A stretch of DNA of 64,000 nt, from positions 17,918,001 through 17,982,000 of the forward strand of contig OZ241826.1 in NCBI GenBank assembly GCA_965202585.1, written 5' to 3'. This DNA is from Thalia democratica. Lineage: Eukaryota. Both the position numbers and the translations under genes were made by a program. Under the pieces are notes generated by a model, which searched no databases, had not been told where the DNA came from, and saw nothing but the letters and a program-made list of their open reading frames with translations. Below are positions 27,471 through 40,430 of this stretch, in pieces. Each line of letters starts with the position of its first letter. Within the stretch, counting starts at the first letter, position 1.

Positions 27471-28902
27471 ACTATATTGTTTATTAATAATTTATGAAGG
27501 TTCCATAAAACACTTGTATGGCGTAGTACCTGCTCATTTGTAGTTTGATAGCTCTTAAGCTCTTAGGTAGGTTGTTTCCAGTTGTGCTGGTTTAATTATT
27601 TTTTTGAAGTTAGGTCAAGTTATAAAAGATATGTTACTTTTCCTCTTTTTAAAGTAAAGAATAATTAAAAAATTAAAAGTAAAGAATTTTTTATTTGTTA
27701 TTTTGATTTTAGCAGCCGTTTGTTATTATTGTTTTAATTAAATATTTTACAGACTTTAGTCACATACTAGTATTAGACTAAACTAAAAATCATTTTAGAA
27801 ATTATTATATAGTGTAAAATATATCAATAAAATCAGAGTCAATCTTAGTCATTATATTTAGATAAAATTAATGTACATTGATTATGCTTCTTAATAAAAG
27901 AGCTCTCTAAAACCTAATATTTAAAAAACTTGTAAAACATTTAAACTATATATACAATATTTTTATTGGTCTCTCACATTAATACCAAAATAAAACTGAT
28001 TAAAAAATTGTTTTTAAAAACGTATTGAAACTTTAAAGGAAATATGGACACAAATAAGTTTAAAAAACAATTATGGTGATGCTAATGTACACTTTAAAAC
28101 TGTTTTTGTTCATTTCCAAAGTTCAGCTAAACTCAAAAGTATAAACTGAAAACACTTTGTTTTACTACAGTCACTTCACAAAACACTAAAACATTTACAA
28201 AGCTAGCCTTTGTGCGAAAACACTGAAAAGTACATTCGCAAGTTGCTAGTATCGATTTTTTCGTATATATTTATATATATATTTGAAAACACTGCCGAAT
28301 CCACTAACATTAGCTCTGCGTTACTATACGGGCAAGCTCTGTTTAAACAAGAAAGTATTTTAAGAAGTTGTACTATAATCCTGTTATATAAACACTTTTT
28401 TTGGGATTTTGGTAGCCTTAGAGATAGTTCTTATCAGATTTTGTTTTCGTAAAAATTCAGTAGTTTCACAAAAAGCTCAATATATAGCACAGAAAGAACT
28501 TAAAAAGCGTAAAAGAGATTATTTAGATTTTCTTTTAAACTTCAGACTTAAAGCAAAAAGAAAAATTCAGAGTGTAAAGGACTATAGTTACTGGTCAATC
28601 CTTATTTACTCTAGCTGCAAGTAATTCTTAAGGTTAAAAAAAGTATGTAAATTAGGTATGTAAAAAGTATGTACATATGTAAATTTTTCAAGTATAACAT
28701 AAATTAAAATAGCTTTAATTGTTATTTTAGAATTTTATTGTAAAACTAGCTTTATTCCAAGCTAAAACATAAATTTCGAACCATCATTGTCAAAAAGGTT
28801 CCATTGTCTAGTACAAAGAATCATAAAAGACTTCTAAAGGGAATCACACTCACTAAAAGTTTAAACTAACGAGACACATAAAGCACAAGTTAAAACACTC
28901 TA

Positions 28903-29001
28903 TCTGACGTCATCAAATAGTCTTTCTGACGTCACACGTTATATCTGACGTCATAACACGTTACCTCTGAGTCCTACGTTCACACTTTCCTTCTGACGTC
29001 A
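28903..29001. promoter_or_regulatory. Cluster of four perfect CRE palindromes (TGACGTCA) plus one AP-1-like site
   Basis: TGACGTCA at 28905, 28927, 28946 and 28994, and TGAGTCC at 28968; ends 5 nt before ATG 29007. Confidence 0.6.
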
Positions 29002-29006
29002 CAAAG

Positions 29007-29277
29007 ATGCTTCAGTTGCTAGGCAGCGGCACGGGCATGACCACCCACAACACGATCGAGAGGTCACGGTCGGGAGGGGGGTGGCACCAGAACGAGGGGA
29101 ATTCCCACAACCACAGCCACGAACACCACTGTCACCATGGAAACAACAACAAGAGGAGGAAGATGTCTTCTGGGGGTCAGGGGAGGAGAAACTCTCAGGT
29201 GTCGAGCAGAAGGAATTCTAGGGGAAGTCATTCTAGTAGTAGGAACAGTAGTGGGAAGGAGAAACTGCTGGAGGAGG
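29007..29277 (+). CDS. Candidate alternative first exon B (His/Ser/Arg low-complexity ORF from 29007; second frame from ATG 29137)
   Basis: GC-rich island directly after four TGACGTCA sites, with strong donor GG|gtaaga at 29278. That donor is phase 1 for the 29007 frame and phase 0 for the 29137 frame, so the link to the anoctamin body is unresolved. Confidence 0.55.
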
Positions 29278-29543
29278 GTAAGAGGAGAAGAAGGCGCAGT
29301 AAGAGTAAAAAAGTTTGTTCAAATTGTTAATAAAAGTATGTGTAAATCTGTTTATTGTTTTATAAGTATGTTTGATTTTTTAATGCTTAAAGTTAAAATT
29401 ATTTTGTTTCACGACCGTTTCGGCTTTGATTTTAAAGCTTAGTAGTCAGTTGTACTAATACAATGCAAATAATTATTTTTTTTAGACAGTTTTTATATAA
29501 GACGTAATACTAGTATTCTTAATTGCAAGTAGCTAATATAATG

Positions 29544-29596
29544 GTCTACTAGTTCTACTAGTTCTACTAGTCTACTAGGTCTACTGCTACTAGTTT
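29544..29596 (+). repeat. Imperfect (CTACTAGTT)n minisatellite
   Basis: ctactagttctactagttctactagtctactaggtctactgctactagtt. Confidence 0.8.
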
Positions 29597-32500
29597 CTGT
29601 TGTAAATTTTAGTAAAAAGTGTTTACATTAAAAACTTTTAGTTTTTATTTGACCTGACCAAGGTAAAGAAATGAATGGTTTCATTAAATTCTATTTAAGT
29701 TTAAGTAATTCAAAGTTTATTTTAGTAAAAGCTTGCTTGTGGTTATGCTTATGTTGAATTTTTATAAGCATACCAAGTATACTGTTTCGTACACAAAAAA
29801 CTATTGGTTAGTATTAAGTATTAAAAACAAAACTTTTATTGTTTAGAAGAAGCATATTTTAAATTGTTTTTGTTCTGCTAGAAAACCTGAAAACATTTTA
29901 GTTAAAAAGTATTCAACTTTAAAATCTTGATAACATTATATGAAAAAGACAAATTCAAACATTCGTCATTAGTTAACGAAAAGACTTGTAGGAACATGAA
30001 GTCCCATAGTGCAACGGTAAAAAGTCAGTTTTACATTGACACAACATGCTTTTACCTAGTTTCATGATCAATCATTTGCATAAACAACAAGATTTTAGGT
30101 AAAATAATTTGAGTTAAGTCGCATCAGATCATAGTTAACAAGCTTTTATGCAAATCTTCAACAAAACATTGCAAAATTGTCAGTTTTTCAAAAGAAACCA
30201 AATCAATAAACTTATATAAAGCTTATCGACTCACTTTTTATATAAGCAAATTTTTAAATAGGATTTAATGCTGACCTCACATTTTGCATGCTGGGTTTGT
30301 AGTAACAGCATAAACTTGTTTTATTGATTCATGTGTTCTGCACGTTAGATAAGAAATTCTTATCTGGCAGGTATTTAGACTTGTTGGTTTCTCGCTTTTG
30401 TGTTCTGAATTTGAGTTTACAGCTAATTTTGTGCAAAATTTTCTGAAACCAACCGAAATTTAGTTGAGTTTTAAAAGATACGTTTCTTTTATAAAACCGT
30501 TTCAAAGTTTTGGTCAATCTGCAATGTCGATTTAAAACATGCATGGCTCGACGTATATAATTTATCATATTGTTATTATTTTTTTACTTTTCGTTCAAAA
30601 TTTATTCTTACAATAAACAGTTATACCAAAAACCAGCTCAACTTGCGCATAAATGAACAATATTTGATTATTTTAGATAACTTTAACAGTGTAAACGAAG
30701 TTTATTCAATGTGTTAAATGTGGAAATGTATTGATTGTTTCAAATTAAGTTATTCATACAAGTAAGTGGAATATGAGCTGTAGTTTGTTTTCAAAACAAT
30801 TTTCAATTTGTTAAGTTAATGTTGCGTTCATTTATATATACATTACTTTTAATAACAGTTTTTGCCAGATTGTTGCTTAAAAACAACATAATTTTTCTCT
30901 AAAAAAACAGTTTAGGAGTATTACAGTATAATAGTATATTACAGTAGTATACTTATAAGCGTTTTGTTTGAATCAAGTTAACATAAGTAAAGAAAATGCT
31001 TAGAATAATAGCTTTTACTTAAGCTAATATTGTTCTAAACAATCATTTTAAAAATATATATTCAACTATGTAAAAATCATTGCATGTAAGAAAAATCTAA
31101 TTTTATTTATGTTTTTTGATGTTGTTGGTAGATTTTGTTACCCTCTGTGGAATTTTAAATGAGTGTAAGACGTTCGCTGTTGGAAAATTTTATATAAAAA
31201 CTGAATAACATCAGATTTCTTGTTACGGTAGATTGATATAAACGTAAAATTTCAACATAACTGACGTAGATAAGAAATTTTAAATGTTAAAATAAAAACA
31301 ATTAGTTTTCGATTTTTACTATCATAGCTTGTAAAAAACGTATAAAATTTAATAAAAAGTATCATCCATCACACTTAAGCGAGCAATAAAACTACAAAGA
31401 GTGAATTTAAAATGCATGGAGGTAGCCAGTTTTTCATTAAATATTCACCACCCCGTCTTTGCTAGTTGCTTGAAACTGTGAGTCTTTATGAAGGGTCTTA
31501 AATTACTTTAACTGGCTTTTGTTATTATCCGAATTTTACACTCTAACAAGCAATAACCTGGCTTTTCCATGTTGTCTCAAGTTTCATTATACACATGCAA
31601 CAACCCAGCTTTTTAGATTATCCAATTTTTTACTCGCTAGTAATTTATCTGTTGTCATGCTTGTCTTGTGATACTCTTTCTGATGTTGCCTATAGTTTTT
31701 TCTTTTAAGCAAAGTTATTTATGACCATTCTAACTTTTTGTAAGAATTAATATTGGGAATTTGTAAACTTAAACACACCTTTTTTAGCTTGAAACTAGTG
31801 CAGGTTTTGATTTTACAACGTTTGTCTTTTATTCAGTTATCGTAGCTATGATATCTTCAATCTATTTTTATTAAAAGTTAATTGTATGAAGTTTTGCAAA
31901 ACTAAAAAAGTATTTTCTATATTTTGTTAAAAATGGTTAAGTTTTATTTTGCCAACGTTAGTTGTTTAGTTATTGTTTTGTATAGATATTTTTATGGTAA
32001 AACATAGTACGTAATGTATTTCTGTTTACTACTCAAAAAATCTTTTTTCTGCAACTATTGAAGTGTAACTAACAACTTTAAATAAACGTTGCTACGTAAA
32101 TATATACGTTTATATAAATATAACTGTATGCCAAGCCCTACAGTTTTTAATTATGCAAATTTTGTTTTTTTAATTGTTGTTCACAACTATAGTACCTACA
32201 ATAAACCTTCTTTTAATGATGATTGTATAGAATTTTACGAAACTTAAAAAGCATCTATTCTTAAAAAGTTTTATTTTGACAACATCAGTTGCATGTCAAA
32301 AAAAAATTATTTATGAATTTAACTTTTGTTATGGCGCAACACTTAAAGTATATCTTTTTATCACTCAAAAAAAAAATTTTTGTAATTATTGAATTGAAAC
32401 TAACAACTTTATTTGTAGTTTATTCGAAAACCGTCGTATACACGTTCTAACAGAAACCAAGACAAGCCTGTTTTAGTAAATTTGTCATAAAAGTTTATCG

Positions 32501-35212
32501 AAAAGTCTTTTGTTCTTTTGACAAATCATAGTTCATTTACACCCAATAAACAAACTAAAATGTATGAATGCAATTATTAAGTAATTTTATATTTTATAAG
32601 TAAACATTTTTGTTTAAAGTAATTTTGAAAAATATTGAAAAGAAAATTATTGAACGTTTATATTTAATTTAAAGTATTAACTTGGATATTGTTTATGAAA
32701 TTGAGCATTTATTTTCTTTTCTAAAAGTTTTCTGAAATTTTTAAACTTAAAATAATGAAAGCTATTAACGCTAGATAAAAAAAAGTTGTTATGCTAAAAA
32801 ATTTAACATTGAGGTCGTGATTTTAGTATTAATCAACCATAATTATCATACTTACAAAAGTTCATTAAAGTTCTTTAAAGCTGTTAGAAAATTTCTTACT
32901 TAATCGTAATTAGTTTTATTTGAAGCTTTTCGACGAATGTTTTCTTTGTAGAGTTTCAACATTATTTAAGAAAAAAAAAATATTTCAGTGATAAAATATT
33001 CAAAAAAACGAACGTTGAAATCAAAGTAAAAAAGATAAAAAGTTTAACTGTTAATCATCTGAATCTTTTTTACACTGTAGTGTTACTTACTAGGTGAGCT
33101 ACAAAGTAAAAAACGTTAAGTGTTCAATACAGAAATTGTATTCTAATGTTTAATTATTTACATATTAAATTAATTCTATCTACTCCAAACTGAAAATGCT
33201 TTACACGTAGATTTTCCAACAGTTATTTTAATAATGTTTTTAATATGCAACAAAAAAAAACATATAATTTAAATTTAAAAAACAGTATCTATCATTATAC
33301 TTTAAAGGTTTCAAAACATTTCATTATGTACACAACTGTGCATAGTTTTTTTTTTCATTTAAGCCCTTGTTTTAACTAATTGAAATACTTAATACTTTTT
33401 GAGATATGGCCTTTTAAATATTTTTTAAAGAATTTTATTTGAACGAATTTGAACCGTACACAACTGCGCATAAAAATATTGGCTATTTTCTTACCGCCAA
33501 CTTTAAAATAACTTTTAAAATCTTTACTAATTTTTCTAATCACTACCGAGCGCTAATGAGTAATTGCAGCAGATGAGTTATAAATAATACAAACTTTTCT
33601 TATGTCATAACCATGTATTAACGCATCTTAGAAATGTAATTATTCCAGTCGCATATGAATGTATTTATCATTTTGTTAATTTCATTTTGCTCTTAGTTTT
33701 TTATTACTAGCAGTTAGGGTATACATAGCTTCTCTGATTTTGTACTTGAAATTTTTTAGAACTATTTTTTTTATTGTTGTCTTTAATAATTAAACTGTTT
33801 TTTTATAATAACAAAATAGTATAATTTTTTTTTTAATACCAAAGTTTTTTCAGGACAGCTTAATACTTTATTTAGTTTTGTTATTTTAAATTTCAGCTGT
33901 TAAAAACTTTAATTAAAGAAACACTTTATGACGAGTAAACGATTACAATTTTGGTTAAAAAGACTTAATCTAACTTCATAAATAATAGTTTAAAAGATAA
34001 AGTTTCTTATCAAAATAAACTATATACTAAACTTTAAATTTACTTACATACTCTTTAAAAACAAACCAAAATAAATTTAAACTTTGTTCAAGTATTGATA
34101 AATGTTTCTTTGTTCATGTTCTAACAAATGTTTTTGTTTATGCTATCGTTTCAGGATGTTTTTAAACTGTTTACAAACTTTATAACAAACAAATGCTTTT
34201 TGTAATAAAATGCTTTTTAAAGTCATGATGTGATTAATATTGTGTATTTTTAGTGAAAACATAAAACAGTTTAAATAAAGTTTATAGACAACATACCATT
34301 TTACTAACTGCATAAAGCTTAGTAAAAATTAATAGTTTAAATTCATTAGAAAATATAAAATAATACTTATTTGTTGTAAATATTATTTTTATTTAAAAAA
34401 TAATTATCAAAGCTTTTAGTTGTTATTTAAACTAAACCAAGAATCTTAACTAGGCATTAGTTAAACTAGTTTTGCATTTCTTTTTTTAAATCAAATAAAA
34501 TATTTTAAACATTTTTTAGTAACTTTTGTAAGGTATTTAGTTTATGAAGATGTTTTTAGGTAATTTTTGCATTATAACTAATAATACAAATGTTAGTCAT
34601 AAACATTAGCTTAAACTTGTATTGTTTTCAAACTATTAGTCATCATAAGTTAGTTTTATTGTTAGGATAATATAAAGTACTTTGTTTAATTTGTGTTGTT
34701 TAAAACTTTTTAGTTCATAAAACTTAATGTATTTTCTAAACTACAGTAAGTCTATTAAAATTTATTTAGTGCTACTTGTGAAAACTCAAATATTTCAAAC
34801 AACTTTTCATTACTTGGTAAATTTATTCGTTTGTATTTTTCGTATTCTTTTAAAACATTTTCTTTTCGTTGTCTACTTCTGCAAATATTCTGTTAGTTAA
34901 TTAACTCTTAATTATAATGGTTTTTGTATATAAAAAAGTAAAAAAAGAATTAATTTTACAACTGGAAAATAGAAAATTAGTTTACTCGCCACTGGCGGTT
35001 TTTTGTAATAACTTCCTTTATTACCTACAAAAAATTTATTAATTACTTATATAAACTTATATTTTAAATATAATAGCATCTACTTTTTATCGAAAAAAGT
35101 AGCACAGAAAATTAGCATGAAGTACATTAACTATAATATTTTTTAAGTAGTTTCAGATGGTTTGTTTCAATAACTTACGATTTTAATTAATTAGTTATTT
35201 TTTAATTAAATA

Positions 35213-35296
35213 ATGGAAGGGGGTGGCAAATCGTTTTTTCATTGGATGTTTTGCTGTCACTGCCTGAAAAACTACGAATCCTACAGAAATAACGAG
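35213..35296 (+). CDS. ANO: Candidate alternative first exon C (MEGGGKSFFHWMFCCHCLKNYESYRNNE)
   Basis: ATG at 35213 (taatATGg-like context aataATGg), 28 open codons, GAG|gtaatg phase-0 donor. Too short for the supplied ORF track. Confidence 0.65.
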
Positions 35297-35389
35297 GTAA
35301 TGACGTCACAATAGTTACTTTATTATTCGCAAAATTACAGAAATAACGAGGTAATGACGTCACAATAGTTACTTTATTGTTAAATGCGA
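35282..35389 (+). repeat. 54-bp tandem duplication spanning the exon C donor
   Basis: tacagaaataacgaggtaatgacgtcacaatagttactttatt at 35282 and 35336. Confidence 0.9.
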
Positions 35390-38022
35390 AATTACAAGGC
35401 AGTCCTGTAATGGTAAACTTCTGATTTCGTAAATATCGGTAGTGAATTGTTTTAAACTTTTTATTTGTAATAAACAGCATTAAATTGCATGATTTTAAAG
35501 GAAAGTCGTATTATTTTAATATTGTAAATGGAAATATTAAAAGCTTTAAAATTATGAGTATAATTAATCACAAAATTTAAAACAATAGTATTGTCAGTAT
35601 CATTGTTGCAAAACTATACTACTAAACTGCACTTGAGAACATAAATTAAGGCTTTGTTATTAAAAAATAAATTTATGAAGTTAAACTAAAGTTATGAAAT
35701 ATAAACTACAAAATCGAGATTTATTCAGACTTTTATTAAAAGCTTACAAACTGATCGCATTATTAAAAGTATTGTACAATTTGATTTATTTTAATAAAGT
35801 GTGGTATTTTGTCTGTTTTTTGGTTGAAGCATTCTTGATGTAAACAGATTACAACAAACGTAATACTTTCACGTGCTTTAATGCTTTAAACTCTGGTGTT
35901 GTAAATGTTTTGAACTTTAAAGCCACTTACGTTTTAATTCGCCCAGAATCGATAAAAGTAATTTCTCAATCGAGACTTTTAGAAATGTATTGTAGAACAA
36001 GTTGGAAATCTTACTGCAATACTTGCGGTATTAATGACGTAGTATTGTTTACGTAAAATGATCGTAGACAGAGTTTAATTAAGCTCCTCTTTGTACCACA
36101 TGTGTTTTTTTCTTGTTATTGTATAAAGAATTTATTTCTATATTAAACTTTAGAATGTTAGAGTCAAAAATATGATCATGAGATACGTAGGCGACACTTT
36201 TGTTTACAAGTTTATATATTTTATATCTTTTTTATCATTCAAAGTTTTTCTTATTTTGATTTTATATTTACGAGGACTGTACGACAAAAAGTGTTTTTTT
36301 CAAATCACTAACTTAAAGTGAATAATCATTATTGTTCCAATGATCAATTTTCTAGACTGCTTGAAATTGATAAACAATAAAAATATTGTGGAAGTACGAA
36401 TAAAGGTTAAAACTTTTAGGCAGTGCTAAATAGTTGTTTTACTATAAAAACACAATACAATACTGTTTTTTGTTTTTAGTCGTTTCCTAAAGCTGTTAGT
36501 ATAATAACTAAATCAAAATTAAAGTTAAATGACTTATTGTAAAGTTTGCTTAAGGTTATTATGTAAAAAGTTTTATGCATTAAAATATATTAGCTTAAAA
36601 TTAACATGAGTAGTTCTCAATATTGTTGTAGTAAGTTAGATAAAGTTAGTTTAAAGAAATGTATATTTTTATTAGTTTAAAAAAATAATTGAGATTTTTA
36701 TAATTAATTAATAGAACTAAAAGAAGAATATTATAGTTTAAATAAAGATTTACTTTGGTTTTGTTAAAACTTAAAAAGAGAATAACTGTTGGATTGAAAT
36801 TTTATTGATAGCAAAAAAAATTAAGTTGTAGAAAAAAAAATTCCGTTGTCATAAAAGTCAGTTGCTTTCAATCAAAAATTAAAGTGTATTCTAATTACCA
36901 AATCAATTTTACCCCAAAAATTGAACATATGCAAGTCTTTAAAGTTTGTTCGTTTATAGAATTAGCAGTAGAAAACTATTCTTAACTATGGTATGTTAAT
37001 ACTTAAGCAAATAGATAATAACAAAAAAAATTAAGTTTAAATAAATGCAGTGAAGTTTTTAAATCTATTGTTGATTTCGTAATTTAAATTTGTATAAACT
37101 TTCTGATGTTTGAAAACCATTTCTGTAACAATGATTTTTTAAATCTTAGCCAACTTTTGATTAAAAAAAAACTTCACATAAAGAATTTTACACATAGGTG
37201 TCATTTACAATAAAAACACTGTATTTTGTAAAATATTTTTTTCACAAACTAGTAGTTAAACTTTATATGCTGCTAGACAAAACAAAAAATTATTACAAAA
37301 TGTTGCTCAGAGGAGTAGATTATTGTTTTTACATCTATTTTTAGAATGTCCCTTATTTTTTGTATTACTACAGTCAGTTTTTATTAAGACAGTTCCAAAA
37401 TATATAGATTTTTTTTAAATTTAGACTAAGTTTTCAAAGGTATTTTATTGTTCAGATTAACTGGGTTAAAGTTTGAGTGCATTATTATTTTTCAGCTAAT
37501 TGAGTTTTAATTCTCGGCTTAGTGTCATTAAGTGCTTTGTAAAACAATTATAACTTCAAAGTTAGAAGGTTAAAAAGTCTGGGTAGTTAAATACTTACAA
37601 GATACTTATAATGTTTTTTAAAGCAAATTGTTCATTTTTTACTCGCTTATTTATTATTAAGTTTAATAAGTTTAAGTTTTAAAGCCTTTTAAATACATTA
37701 TTTAACCAATTTTTTATCAGGCATGTTAAGTAAAAGCTTATTAGAAAAATTATAGCTCAAATTTAATCAGAGGAGTTTTAAAGTTTAAATGTTTTTAAAA
37801 CTTGCTAGTTCTAAAACCAACGATTATAAATTCATAAAATTTAGCGTTGAATTATGACGTAGTCTTAAGAACTTTTTCACAGAATTAGAAAACTGACAAA
37901 AACTATCTTTATGTATTGTGTGCTTTAAAATGCATTTTGTCTTTGTTTAAATGTCGTTTGTTAGTTTTTATGTTTAAACAATTTGTATTTTTTGTGTGAA
38001 ACCGTAGCTTTTCAAGCTAACA

Positions 38023-38445
38023 ATGGATTCTAAATTAAGCGTAAAAGACAAGAAGAATGAAAATATCGAAAACAGAGGATTACTTTTTCCAAAAACAAGT
38101 AATCAAAAATCAAAAAGCTTCAGTTTTACAGAGGATAGAAAATTGCTTTCTCCAAATGAAATTTACCAGAAATCAAGAAGCTCTAGCTTTCAAGAGGATA
38201 GAGGTCTACTTTCTCCAAATATAACTAATCAAAACAAGACAATGGATTTTAAAACTAGCGTAAAAAGTAACAAAGAAAGTATCGAAAATAGAGGATTGCA
38301 TTCACCAAATATAACCACTCAAAAAACAAGAAGTTTTAGTTTTACAATCCACATAGGTGAACATAATAAAGATAGCAAAAAATTGAAGCTAAAACAAACT
38401 GCACAAGTTAAACAAAGAACAGAGACGCCATTAGAAAGGGCTGAG
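38023..38445 (+). CDS. ANO: Candidate alternative first (or cassette) exon D, 141 aa with internal repeats
   Basis: Supplied ORF 38023-38523. GAG|gttatt phase-0 donor falls where the translation turns into intron-like F/Y-rich sequence. An in-frame AG acceptor at 38007 is also possible. Confidence 0.65.
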
Positions 38446-40430
38446 GTTATTTTTTATTGTTTTTTTAACTTAATTTACTACTTCGTTAACAACTTTTTTT
38501 ATCATTGTTTAAAAACGGTGTAAAAACACTTTTATAAACTATATTTTAGAGTGCTCTATATAACACACAAAATGTGCTACAAAATAGCGATTATTGATAA
38601 GTAGTTAGTTTAGATAAATCCTAACTAAAATAAAAGTGAACTCTAATATAACGTTCATGGAACTTCTAATAAAAAGCCGTGTATTTCAACTTTTTTAAGA
38701 AATTTACTTATCTTAGGTAGGTGTTCTTCTAGTGTATATACAAGACTTACCTAACTTTACAACTAAAGTTGTTATGTTCGTTACTAAATGAATAATTTAG
38801 AACTTTTGCATGTTTGTATCACGTCTAACGTGATTGATTATAAAATTAAAAACTTATGGAACTTCCCAAGACTGTGTTATGTTTATTGAGCCTTATAAGT
38901 GTAATTATATCATTATTAGTTTTGTCTCAGGTACTTTTGTTTTCATGACATGAAAAAAACATATGTTGTATTTGTACTGTGTTCCTTTTATTTTAAAATA
39001 GTAACGCTAAATGTGTAGTAATTGTTTTTTATAGAAAATAATTCTAACAAAACAGAGAACACACTCTTCAAGTTTGTTATTACCTTAATGTTTGTTGCTG
39101 TCAATATAAATTTTAAGTCACATAACTTTGAATATTGTAAAAGTTGATTTGTTGGATTTTTTAATCAATCTGGTTTGAATAAATTCTATCCGAATGTTTA
39201 TTTATATTTATTCAGATTTATTTTATTATTAAACAGATTCGAAAGTAGTCAGCTTTATTGAAGTTATTGAAATTGGTTTTAAAAAATGTGCAAAACTAAT
39301 TAGATCAAACATAGTTTTAAGAACATACGCTTACTCTATAAACTAAGTTAATTGATTATTGTTATATAAGTTTTCAGTTGGCTGTAATTCAAAAATTTGT
39401 GTTTTTTAGGTCATACTTGATTGACTGAAAATTTATACTAGAAAATTATATTACCAAAATTTTTATAAATTAAATTAACCAAGCTAAAAATATTTTAAAC
39501 TAAGTTGTATAAAATATACTTTGAACTATATATTTCTATGTAAATGGTTTTCACAAACCTTGATGTGTTAACATTTATTAAATTCACAATCATATAACAA
39601 TGCAAAGACTGCTAAAAATTTTAATTTCCGGAACTTTTAGAGTGTTGAAACTTTTATATATAAGTGTTGAACTTGTTTGACTATTTATCAAAAAATATAT
39701 AGTTTATCGATTGCAAAATTTTTTTCAACGCTATTTTCTTTCAACAACAATAAAAAAATACCGTTTTGTTTCATGCTTTTTTTTTCTACTTATTGTGTAA
39801 ATAAAAATTCCTCAGTGAACTTTTAGTCTTATAAAGCACTCTGATTTTGCTTTTCAAAATAATAAAAAATAGGTTGTAAAACAGTTTGCAATGACAGATA
39901 AATTTAAGTTGATTTACTTGAAGTTATTTTTATATATTTCCTGCAATATAAACTCCTTAGTGAAATATTTTTTAACCTACTCGACTTTCTTATTTTTCTA
40001 GTAATAAACTTTATTGTCATATAAGTCTAAAACTTTTTATTAGTTCTGCCCGTGAAACTTTAGCAAACGCCAATCAAATCTTATTGCTCTCTTTATATCA
40101 AATCTTTGAAATCTGTTTAAACGAAATCATATTTAGAAGTCTAGTTTTCGGATACTTACTTATTTAAATGGTTATTATTTAAAGTAAAATATAATTAAAG
40201 GTTATTTAAATATGTTAACCAAACTTATAACAAAATCCAAATCAAAGTACACTAAAGCTTTTTTTCACATTTGTAACTATGGAATATAAAATGTGACGTA
40301 ATTTTTTGGTTAAAATTTTTCATCAAAACATTTGAGTCTAAAAAAACTTTATACTGTGAGTTTGCTTTACTGAAATCTCAAGCAAAATTGCTAGTGTAGA
40401 AAAGTAAGATAACAAGCAAAAAATTAAAGT

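Noticed and set aside
35202-35480. 92-aa minus-strand ORF with an internal repeat
   Set aside because: Antisense shadow of plus-strand exon C and its 54-bp duplication.
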